From: Desulfurella sp.
Lineage (GTDB): Bacteria > Campylobacterota_A > Desulfurellia > Desulfurellales > Desulfurellaceae
Length of the DNA: 11,386 nt
Assembly: GCA_031960885.1 (NCBI GenBank)
Contig: JAVRLY010000018.1
Span: 1-11,386 of the forward strand
Direction: 5' to 3'
This document shows positions 1 through 7,346 of the stretch, in pieces. How positions within the stretch are numbered: the stretch's first letter is position 1; each line of letters starts with the position of its first letter. The translations under genes were made by a program, and so were the position numbers. The notes under the pieces were generated by a model. The model saw only the letters and a list, made by a program, of their open reading frames with translations, did no database searches and was not told the DNA's origin.

Positions 1-1
1 A

Positions 2-1735
2 AGCATCTTAGAAAATCCAATAGCAAAAAGATGGATTGTATATATCTTGCTTGGTGTATTTAGTGGAGTTGGTGCAATATTCTTGTATGTACTGATAAAT
101 TTTTTTAGCGTTTATCTGTTAAATCATACAGCTGGTTTTCCATTTAAATTCCCAGAAAATGAAAAATCGCTATTTGCATTAAAGCATGTTACTTTTAGAC
201 CAATTATATTTTTGGTTATAATTACTATAGGTGGATTTTTGAGCGGACTTTTGCTTCATATATTTAATGATAAAGAAAGCGGTGTAAATAAAATTATAAA
301 ATATTTTCATCATAAGGCAACAATTAGGCCAAAATCTTCAATCGTAAAACTGTTTGCAAGCTCAATTGCATTGGGAAGTGGATTTGCAGGCGGAAGAGAA
401 GGGCCAGCAGCGGAAATAGGTGCTTCAATTGGCTCATTTTTGGGTAACGTATTCAACTTAAGCAATAGGGAAAAAAGGATTTTAATGGTAAGCGGCATGG
501 CAGCAGGTATAGGGGCAGTTTTTAGGGCACCTATGGGAGCAGCTATTTTTGCAACAGAGGTTCTCTATAAAGAAGCCGATTTTGAGTATGAAGCACTAAT
601 GGCCAGTGCTATTTCTTCAATTACAGCATACTCTGTTTTTTCTTCTTTGTTTGGTTGGCAGAATATGTTTAGCGTGCCTGTAATGTATTTTTATAAGCCT
701 TTAGAGCTGATATCATACAGTGTGCTTGCTATAGCTATTTCTGTTGCTGCAGTTTTATTTATATACTTGAGTAAACAACTAAAGATTTTGTTTGGTATGA
801 TAAAATACCCCATTTATATTAAAACTGCTTTAGGTGGTTTGGTTGTTGGTTTATTTGGTATTTTTTTGCCTGCAAGCGCAGGTATGGGGTATGGTTTATT
901 GGAAGTTGCATTTAACAATCCACAAAATTATTTCTTTTTGCTTGTTGTTGGTATTTTAAGAATGTTTACTACTTCAGTATCATCTGCTAGCAAGACGCCA
1001 ATAGGTCTTTTTGCTCCACTCTTAATTATAGGCTCTTTGCTTGGTATTGGCATAGGTAGTCTATTAAAATTGAGCTCGATTTTTGTTGTAGTAAACCCTT
1101 CAAGTTTTGCTGTCGTTGGCATGGCTGCTTTTTTGGCAGCATGCGAGAAAACACCTATTTCTGCAATAATATTAACAGCTGAGATAACTGGAGGATATGA
1201 GCTTATTGTACCTGCATTTTGGGTTGTAGCACTTGTATTTTTACTCACAAGAAAGTTTAATTTAGAAGAATCTCAGGTAGATACGCGAGTCGATTCGCTT
1301 GTGCATAGCGATGAGTATAAAATCAATATTTTAGAACATATTAGAGTTGAAGAACTCATGGAAAAAAAATTTTTGACAATTAGCAAGGATAAAACACTAA
1401 AGGAGATTTATGATATATTTGCAAATGAAAAATACAATGAAATCTTGGTTTTAGATGATAATAATAGACTCTATGGTATATTGACGCTTCATGTTTTAAA
1501 AACTATCTTAAATGAAAATATACTAAATAACTTTTTGTTAGCAGCAGATATTGCCAATACTGACCTTATATTTGTTTTACCACAAGAAAGTTTACATTCA
1601 CTTTTAAATAAAATTAATTTTAGAGAGATAAATACAATACCTGTTGTTAAATCTTTAGAAAATATGGAAGTAATTGGTATAATTAGACGCAAAACAATAT
1701 TAAAAAAGATGACAAAAGGAAACAATGATGTTTGA
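2..1735 (+). CDS. ClC-family chloride channel / Cl-/H+ antiporter with C-terminal CBS domain pair (5'-truncated by the window edge)
   Basis: Many hydrophobic segments. ClC signatures: ESGVN (GSGIP-equivalent, 275-289), GREGP (392-406, gating Glu), FRAPMGAAIFATE (proton Glu at 557-559) and GLFAP (1004-1018). The hydrophilic C-terminus has CBS-like repeats (IRVEELM...LYGILT; IPVV...VIGII). The frame is open from position 2 (SILENPIAKRWIVYILLG...), so the TTG at 47 is probably not the true start. Confidence 0.93.
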   Translation, partial: SILENPIAKRWIVYILLGVFSGVGAIFLYVLINFFSVYLLNHTAGFPFKFPENEKSLFALKHVTFRPIIFLVIITIGGFLSGLLLHIFNDKESGVNKIIKYFHHKATIRPKSSIVKLFASSIALGSGFAGGREGPAAEIGASIGSFLGNVFNLSNREKRILMVSGMAAGIGAVFRAPMGAAIFATEVLYKEADFEYEALMASAISSITAYSVFSSLFGWQNMFSVPVMYFYKPLELISYSVLAIAISVAAVLFIYLSKQLKILFGMIKYPIYIKTALGGLVVGLFGIFLPASAGMGYGLLEVAFNNPQNYFFLLVVGILRMFTTSVSSASKTPIGLFAPLLIIGSLLGIGIGSLLKLSSIFVVVNPSSFAVVGMAAFLAACEKTPISAIILTAEITGGYELIVPAFWVVALVFLLTRKFNLEESQVDTRVDSLVHSDEYKINILEHIRVEELMEKKFLTISKDKTLKEIYDIFANEKYNEILVLDDNNRLYGILTLHVLKTILNENILNNFLLAADIANTDLIFVLPQESLHSLLNKINFREINTIPVVKSLENMEVIGIIRRKTILKKMTKGNNDV

Positions 1736-3665
1736 TGCACTAAACGAACAACAAAAAAAAGCGGTTATTGTGTGTGACAAAAATTTGCTTATTATAGCGG
1801 GGGCTGGTAGCGGTAAGACTAAAACTTTAACTCATAAAATTGCATATATTTTGAAAAACAATCTTGCAAAACCTCTCGAGATTTTAGCGTTAACTTTTAC
1901 GAATAAAGCTGCAGATGAGATGAAAGAAAGAGTGGCTAATGTTTTAAATACTGATATTCAAGGTTTATATATTGGTACTTTCCACTCTTTGTCATTAAGA
2001 TTTTTGCGCAAAATGGGTAAGAATTATACAATTTACGACAAACATGATCAAGAAATGCTTGTTAAAGAGATAATTTCTTCGCTTAACTTAGATAAAAGTA
2101 AATTTGTTCCTTCCAAAGTTTCATCTTACATTTCAAAGTTAAAAAACTCTGCTAACATTGAATTTCCAACAAAAGAAATAGAAAAAATCTACAAAATATA
2201 TGAAGAAAAGCTTATAAGTAGCAATGCTGTCGATTTTGACAATATCTTGATTAACTTAATAAATGAGCTTAAAAATAATAATGAATTGCGTATTAATCTA
2301 CAAAACCAATTTAAATATATACTTATAGACGAATATCAAGATACAAATAATATGCAATACGAATTGATTAAACAGTTTTATAGTGGTTACAACCGTATTT
2401 TTGCAGTAGGAGATGAAGATCAATCAATTTACGCCTTTAGGGGCGCGAATATCAATAATATTTTGTCCTTCAGCAATGATTTTTTGCCATGTGAAATTAT
2501 TAAATTGGAGAAAAATTATCGTTCAACGAAAAATATATTGCATATAGCAAATACAATTATTACTCATAATAAAATGCGCATAGGCAAAAATCTATATTCG
2601 GATATAAGTGGTGTAGAACCTGTAATTAAAGAGTTTGCAACAAATAGAGATGAGGCTAATTTTGTTGTAAATAAAATAAAAAATATTTTAAGAGAAAACC
2701 CTCAACATAGCATAGCTGTGCTTTATAGAAATAATATGCTTTCAAGGCTTTTTGAAGAATACCTTGTTCAAAATAATATCTTCTACAGAAAAATAGGGGC
2801 ACATAAATTTTTTGATAAAAAAGAAATCAAAGATATTTTAAGTTTTATAAAATTAGCTTATAATGAAAAAGATGATGTATCATTTGTGCGCGCTATAAGC
2901 AATTTTGGTGGTATTGGTGAAAAGACTATAAACAATATAAAAGATATTTCTGATAATTTAAATATTAATTTGTTTGAAGCTTCTTCAAAATTTACGCAAA
3001 AAAAACATTCTAAAATTGTTGATTTTGTCAATTTTGTAAAAATTTTGCAAAAAATGATTAATTCTGATAGTATAGATAGCTGTCTAAAGTTTGTGTTTGA
3101 TGAAGTTTTTTCTATTAAAAGTTTTTACAAAGAAAATTTGCGACAGGCAAATGTTGATGAGTTAATTGATTTTGCTAAAAGTATGAATATTGAATCTTTT
3201 ATGGAAAGTGTAAGTTTGTATGATTATTCACAAAATTTTGATAGTGAAAGCGCTAAATTACAGACAAATGTTAACTTGTTAACTATTCATGCAGCTAAAG
3301 GCTTAGAATTTGATTATGTTTTTATGGTAGGTTTAAATGAGGGAATTTTGCCAAGTTTGTATCAAGACTCAGTTATTGAAGAAGAAAGGCGCATCATGTA
3401 TGTTGGTATAACAAGGGCAAAAAAAAACTTATATCTAAGTTATTATTTATCCGATTTTCACAATAGTTATATACCATCGCGCTTTTTAAAAGAAATAGGT
3501 TCTGTTAGCAAAAACCCATTAAGAAGATACAAAATTGGTGAGATTATCAACCACAAGGATTTTGGTAGCGGTGTTATCTTAAATGTTAAAGAAGAACCTT
3601 TGGAATTGAAAGTGAACTTTTTTAAATATGGGCTAAAGAATTTAACAAAAGATGATATAATTTAG
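1728..3665 (+). CDS. pcrA: PcrA/UvrD-family (SF1A) ATP-dependent DNA helicase
   Basis: All SF1 motifs are present: AGAGSGKT, TFTNKAA, GTFHS, IDEYQD, VGDEDQSIYAFRGA, NYRS, VLYR, TIHAAKGLEF and EERRIMYVGITRAK. The C-terminal YKIGEIINHKDFGSGVIL...VNF...GLKNL segment resembles the PcrA/UvrD Tudor domain. Tandem ATGATG at 1725/1728 follows AAGGA, so either ATG could be the start. pcrA and uvrD cannot be told apart here. Confidence 0.93.
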   Translation: MFDALNEQQKKAVIVCDKNLLIIAGAGSGKTKTLTHKIAYILKNNLAKPLEILALTFTNKAADEMKERVANVLNTDIQGLYIGTFHSLSLRFLRKMGKNYTIYDKHDQEMLVKEIISSLNLDKSKFVPSKVSSYISKLKNSANIEFPTKEIEKIYKIYEEKLISSNAVDFDNILINLINELKNNNELRINLQNQFKYILIDEYQDTNNMQYELIKQFYSGYNRIFAVGDEDQSIYAFRGANINNILSFSNDFLPCEIIKLEKNYRSTKNILHIANTIITHNKMRIGKNLYSDISGVEPVIKEFATNRDEANFVVNKIKNILRENPQHSIAVLYRNNMLSRLFEEYLVQNNIFYRKIGAHKFFDKKEIKDILSFIKLAYNEKDDVSFVRAISNFGGIGEKTINNIKDISDNLNINLFEASSKFTQKKHSKIVDFVNFVKILQKMINSDSIDSCLKFVFDEVFSIKSFYKENLRQANVDELIDFAKSMNIESFMESVSLYDYSQNFDSESAKLQTNVNLLTIHAAKGLEFDYVFMVGLNEGILPSLYQDSVIEEERRIMYVGITRAKKNLYLSYYLSDFHNSYIPSRFLKEIGSVSKNPLRRYKIGEIINHKDFGSGVILNVKEEPLELKVNFFKYGLKNLTKDDII

Positions 3666-3673
3666 GAGGCGTT

Positions 3674-4138
3674 ATGGGCGATAGTGTTCAAGAAAGATTT
3701 ACAAAACTAAATACGAACTTAGTTTTGCACAACATCAGACTTTACAAATTAGAAGCCAATTTTGATGACGAGAAAATTAATGTTTCTATGGAGGAATCAA
3801 AAGTCTACATTGATAAAAATGCTTATTACCAGATAGTAGCAGACAATCATGTGCGAGTTTTCCAAGATTTCTTTTTTAAGGTAGCACTTCAGAATAACCC
3901 AGATGATGTATTAATAAAGATAAGCCCTTCATACATTTTAGAATTTCAAGTTGGCGGTCCTATGGATGATGAAATTTTTAAAATATTTGCAGACTCTACT
4001 GTTTTAGTTGATAGTTGGCCATATTTTAGAGAGATTGTTCAAAGCACTTTGCTTAGAATGGGTTTAGCACCTGTTGTATTACCACCTATAAATTTTAATC
4101 CTTATGTAAATATTGATGCAAACAAAGATACAAAGTAA
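3674..4138 (+). CDS. SecB-like chaperone
   Basis: 154 aa and acidic. The C-terminal WPYFREIVQSTLLRMGLAPVVLPPINF matches the SecB-family FPY(A/L)RE.I...(T/V).R.G(F/L)P.L.L.P(V/I)NF pattern, and the N-terminal beta-strand pattern (LHNIRLYKLEANF) is compatible. Strong SD AGGAGG at 3664-3669. Confidence 0.72.
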   Translation: MGDSVQERFTKLNTNLVLHNIRLYKLEANFDDEKINVSMEESKVYIDKNAYYQIVADNHVRVFQDFFFKVALQNNPDDVLIKISPSYILEFQVGGPMDDEIFKIFADSTVLVDSWPYFREIVQSTLLRMGLAPVVLPPINFNPYVNIDANKDTK

Positions 4139-4658
4139 AAATATTGCTTTTGGAGTTGATGGTTCTTTTGAATCACTAAGTATGGCTTTTTTTGAAGGTG
4201 AATCTTTAATAGATTCGTTTTTTATAGAAAAAGCCATACACTCCATTGTGACTGTTAGCGCATTCGATGCTTTATTAAAAAAGACTCATTTAAATTTTTC
4301 TGATATAAATGATTTGTATATAACGATTGGTCCAGGCAGATACAGTAGTTTAAGAGTTACTTTGTCTATAATTAAAGGTTTATTTTTTAATTTTACAGGT
4401 TTAGTGTATTGTATTAACACAATGGATTTAGTGGCAGCTGGGCATGCAAATGGCGATTATATATATGTATCCAAAAAAACTTCAAAAGGTGAGATCATAT
4501 ATTATTACAATACAATACCGGTTGTAAAAAGATTAGACGGTTATGCTGCGCAAAATTGTAAAAAGTTTGACTCAGCTCCAAATATTAAGAACATGTTTAG
4601 AATTGATAAACAGTTTTTTATGCCTTGTAGTTTATCAAGCATTTCAGTAAGTTATTAG
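4116..4658 (+). CDS. tsaB: tRNA threonylcarbamoyladenosine (t6A) biosynthesis protein TsaB (YeaZ), divergent
   Basis: N-terminal AFGVDGS..SLSMA, then HS..., and DINDLYITIGPGRYSSLRVTLSIIKGL matching the TsaB GPGSFTGLRIG...AKGL motif, followed by INTMDLVA. ATG at 4116 is preferred to TTG at 4113. Confidence 0.8.
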   Translation: MQTKIQSKNIAFGVDGSFESLSMAFFEGESLIDSFFIEKAIHSIVTVSAFDALLKKTHLNFSDINDLYITIGPGRYSSLRVTLSIIKGLFFNFTGLVYCINTMDLVAAGHANGDYIYVSKKTSKGEIIYYYNTIPVVKRLDGYAAQNCKKFDSAPNIKNMFRIDKQFFMPCSLSSISVSY

Positions 4659-4668
4659 GAGGGTTTGT

Positions 4669-5862
4669 ATGCCAATTGTTGAACCTTTTAAGGCAATTCT
4701 ATTTAAAGAAAAAAATATAGATAACAGCGTGTGTCCACCATATGATGTGATAGATAGTAATTATAAAAAACTTTTGTTGTCAAAAGATAAGTTTAATATA
4801 GTAAATATAGTATTACCTGATGGAGATGGCGATGTTAAATATGAAAATGCAAAAAATCTTTTAAATACATGGATTTCTCAAAAAAAGCTTTTGTTTGACG
4901 ATGATTGTGCCTTTTATATTTACAGCTGTAAATATACCATAGATGGAGTTGAAAAAAAATTGTATGGTTTTTTAGGGGCTCTAAAGATAGAAGAGCTTGG
5001 CAATTCTATAAAACCTCATGAAAAAACGTTAAAAGGACCTAAAATCGATAGGTTTAAGTTAATAACTTCAACAAATGCAATGTTTTGTCCAATAATGATG
5101 ATTTATGATAATGAGCAACTGGCTAGTTTCGTTAAAAATATTACAAAAGAGAAGCTTTACGAAGTGAATTTTGAAAACAAATTACATAAAATCTACAAAA
5201 TTAAAGATACATCTTCAATAAATAACATTAAGCAACTAATAAAAAACCAATCACTAGTGATAGCAGATGGTCATCATAGATATGAAACGTGTTTATCTAT
5301 TAAAGAATATTACAAACAGCATGGTATAGAAAAAGAAGGTAGCAGTTATGCGCTTGTTTTTTTTGTGTATAAAAAAGATGAGTTATCTTTAATGCCTATT
5401 CATAGATTAATAAAGAAAATTAATATTGATGAATTTAAGCAAAAACTTTATAATTATGTTGAAGTAGCAGATGCATTGAATTATGATATTGTTATGTACG
5501 ATGGTAATTACACTTATTTAAAATTTATCGATAAAAAAACGCAAACTAATCCAATAGAAAATCTTGATGTGAAAATTTTTGAAGACTTAATATTTAAGAA
5601 AATATTAAAACTTAGTGATGCAGATATAGCAAATAATGAAATATCAGGATATGCACATACAGTAGATGAAGTGGTAAAAAGTGTTGATGGAAAAGAAGCA
5701 GTAGTGGGTTTTTTGCTAAAACCTATTACGTACGATACATTGTTTGAAGTTACGAATCATAACTTAACATTTCCACAAAAGTCTACATACTTTTACCCAA
5801 AGATACCAAGCGGTCTTGTAGGTTATCATTTTGATAGTATAAAAGGGTGCAAACATGTTTGA
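4669..5862 (+). CDS. DUF1015 family protein (ParB/sulfiredoxin-like DGHHR motif)
   Basis: Family motifs recognised from memory: PF(K)A, PPYDVI, IKPHEKT....K.DR..L, IADGHHRYE, PIHRL and PQKSTYFYPKIPSGLV. SD AGGAGG at 4657-4662. Confidence 0.88.
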   Translation: MPIVEPFKAILFKEKNIDNSVCPPYDVIDSNYKKLLLSKDKFNIVNIVLPDGDGDVKYENAKNLLNTWISQKKLLFDDDCAFYIYSCKYTIDGVEKKLYGFLGALKIEELGNSIKPHEKTLKGPKIDRFKLITSTNAMFCPIMMIYDNEQLASFVKNITKEKLYEVNFENKLHKIYKIKDTSSINNIKQLIKNQSLVIADGHHRYETCLSIKEYYKQHGIEKEGSSYALVFFVYKKDELSLMPIHRLIKKINIDEFKQKLYNYVEVADALNYDIVMYDGNYTYLKFIDKKTQTNPIENLDVKIFEDLIFKKILKLSDADIANNEISGYAHTVDEVVKSVDGKEAVVGFLLKPITYDTLFEVTNHNLTFPQKSTYFYPKIPSGLVGYHFDSIKGCKHV

Positions 5863-6220
5863 AATTAGTGTTGAAAGTAATTTTTCTGCTGCACATAGGC
5901 TTAATAATTATCATGGCGCTTGTGAAAATTTACATGGACATAATTTTAAAGTTGAGGTTGTTGTAAGATGCAAAGAACTTGACAAAACTTATATTGGTAT
6001 AGATTTTAAGGAATTAAAAAATCATTTAAAGGATGTTTTATCCACTTTAGACCATAAATACTTAAATGAAATTGATTATTTTTCAAATACAAATCCAACT
6101 TCAGAGATAATTGCAAAGTATATTTTTGAAGCACTACAACCTCGTATAACAAAGTGTAGCATATTTAGTGTTAGTGTTTTTGAAACATCTACCTCTAAAG
6201 CAACGTATATGGAGGATTAA
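5855..6220 (+). CDS. queD: 6-carboxy-5,6,7,8-tetrahydropterin synthase QueD (PTPS family)
   Basis: FSAAHRL, CENLHGHNF (C-x3-HGH), IDFKELK, LDHKYLN, NPTSE and VFET motifs; 121 aa. Confidence 0.93.
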   Translation: MFEISVESNFSAAHRLNNYHGACENLHGHNFKVEVVVRCKELDKTYIGIDFKELKNHLKDVLSTLDHKYLNEIDYFSNTNPTSEIIAKYIFEALQPRITKCSIFSVSVFETSTSKATYMED

Positions 6221-6475
6221 ATGAAATTTGAAGAGTTTGTACTCTCTATCGCAGGTGGTGCATATATACAACTTGGAATTGTAGAAGATCCTTTTGATAA
6301 TAGAAAAAAAATAGATTTAGAAATGGCAAAAGCTAGTATTGAACTATTAAGAATGTTAAAAGAAAAAACTAAAAATAATCTTGCAGATAAGGAAGAAGAA
6401 TTGATAAATAATATAATATCAGATTTAAATGAAAAGTACGATGCAAAAATTAGTGAGAAGGTTAAAAATGAATAG
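6221..6475 (+). CDS. DUF1844-like small helical protein
   Basis: F..FVLSI...A.IQLG...DP.......DLEMAK.SIELL.ML.EKTKNNL...EE.L....I.DL pattern typical of DUF1844. SD GGAGG at 6211-6215. Confidence 0.8.
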   Translation: MKFEEFVLSIAGGAYIQLGIVEDPFDNRKKIDLEMAKASIELLRMLKEKTKNNLADKEEELINNIISDLNEKYDAKISEKVKNE

Positions 6476-7346
6476 TGTTGAAAAGCTGTATAACAATTTA
6501 GAGGACATTGAAAATTTACCTGCTTTTCCCCAAATTACACTTGAGATTACATATCTTTTAAGAAAAGAATCTACTTCATCAAAAAACTTATATGATCTTA
6601 TACAGAAAGATCCTGTTTTGGTATCTCAAATTTTAAAGACAGCTAATTCTCCATTTTATGGGCTGCATAGAAAGGTTTCTTCACTTATGCATGCTATAAA
6701 TTTACTTGGTTTTGCACAAATAGAAAATATCGTTATTGCTTCAGCTTTACTTTCTACAATTAAAAAATTTCCAGTTGGAAAAAGATTTAATACGAATCAG
6801 TTTTTAGACCATTCTTTTGGTTGTGGCATAACGGCAAGAATTATATCAAATATTCTAAATTTTAACTCAAGTGGTTTGGAGTTTTCTGCAGGTGTTATAC
6901 ATGATATAGGAAAAGTAGTATTAGGTTTGTATGACCATGAAGATTTTGATCGCATTTTAAACTATGCTTATAAAAATAATAAATCATTTTATGAATCTGA
7001 AAAAGAATTATTCGGTATAACGCATTGTGATTTTGCTGAAAAACTACTAAAAAAATGGAATTTACCCGATGAGTTAATTGATTGTGTAGTTAATCATCAT
7101 AATCCACAAAAAGCAAAAAATCAAATTATGTCATCAATTATATCTGTAGCAGATTTATTTACATATTCAGAAGGCATAGGTTTTGGTGGTAATTATTCAA
7201 AGTTCCTAATAGAAAACGAAGAAGGGTGGGAAATTATAACACAGAATATCGAAATTTCAAAAAAAATAGATTTAGCATTATTTACTTTTAAGCTTTTTGA
7301 GCAAATTGATGAAGTTAAGAAAACCTACTTTAAGGAGCTATACTAA
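6468..7346 (+). CDS. HDOD domain-containing protein (HD superfamily, signalling associated)
   Basis: LPAFP, IQKDPVL...ILKTANSPFYG, AINLLG, HS, AGVIHDIGK, E...FGITH, WNLP, HHNP and VADL motifs. Start moved from 6429 to ATG 6468 because GAGAAGG lies upstream and this gives an 8-nt overlap with the previous gene. Confidence 0.9.
   Translation: MNSVEKLYNNLEDIENLPAFPQITLEITYLLRKESTSSKNLYDLIQKDPVLVSQILKTANSPFYGLHRKVSSLMHAINLLGFAQIENIVIASALLSTIKKFPVGKRFNTNQFLDHSFGCGITARIISNILNFNSSGLEFSAGVIHDIGKVVLGLYDHEDFDRILNYAYKNNKSFYESEKELFGITHCDFAEKLLKKWNLPDELIDCVVNHHNPQKAKNQIMSSIISVADLFTYSEGIGFGGNYSKFLIENEEGWEIITQNIEISKKIDLALFTFKLFEQIDEVKKTYFKELY

Noticed and set aside
310..498. 62-aa - strand ORF
   Set aside because: Antisense shadow of the conserved ClC GREGP region, with no independent coding signal.
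928..1248. 106-aa - strand ORF
   Set aside because: Lies wholly antisense to ClC TM helices, with no recognisable motif.
1489..1740. 83-aa hydrophobic - strand ORF
   Set aside because: Antisense to the A-rich CBS region. Its hydrophobicity comes from T-rich complementary codons.
1753..3427. Poly-A tracts of 8-9 nt in the helicase (1753-1760, 2998-3005, 3419-3427) as phase-variation or frameshift sites
   Set aside because: Expected from Lys codons in very AT-rich DNA; the frame is intact and all helicase motifs are in one frame.
3674..4658. Toxin-antitoxin-chaperone (TAC) module around the SecB-like gene
   Set aside because: The neighbours are a helicase and TsaB, with no room for toxin or antitoxin ORFs.
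5780..5855. preQ1 riboswitch upstream of queD
   Set aside because: queD overlaps the DUF1015 coding sequence, so there is no leader, and no preQ1 aptamer motif was seen.
1725..6220. Helicase + ParB-like + QueD as a 7-deazaguanine DNA modification (dpd) or other defence island
   Set aside because: No dpdA/tgt-like, queC, queE, folE or nuclease gene is in the window. The helicase is a canonical PcrA/UvrD, and the flanks are core genes with no visible compositional shift or mobility signs.
6429..6467. ORF-track start of the HDOD gene at 6429
   Set aside because: It would overlap the DUF1844 gene by 47 nt. ATG 6468 has an SD-like GAGAAGG and a typical short overlap.
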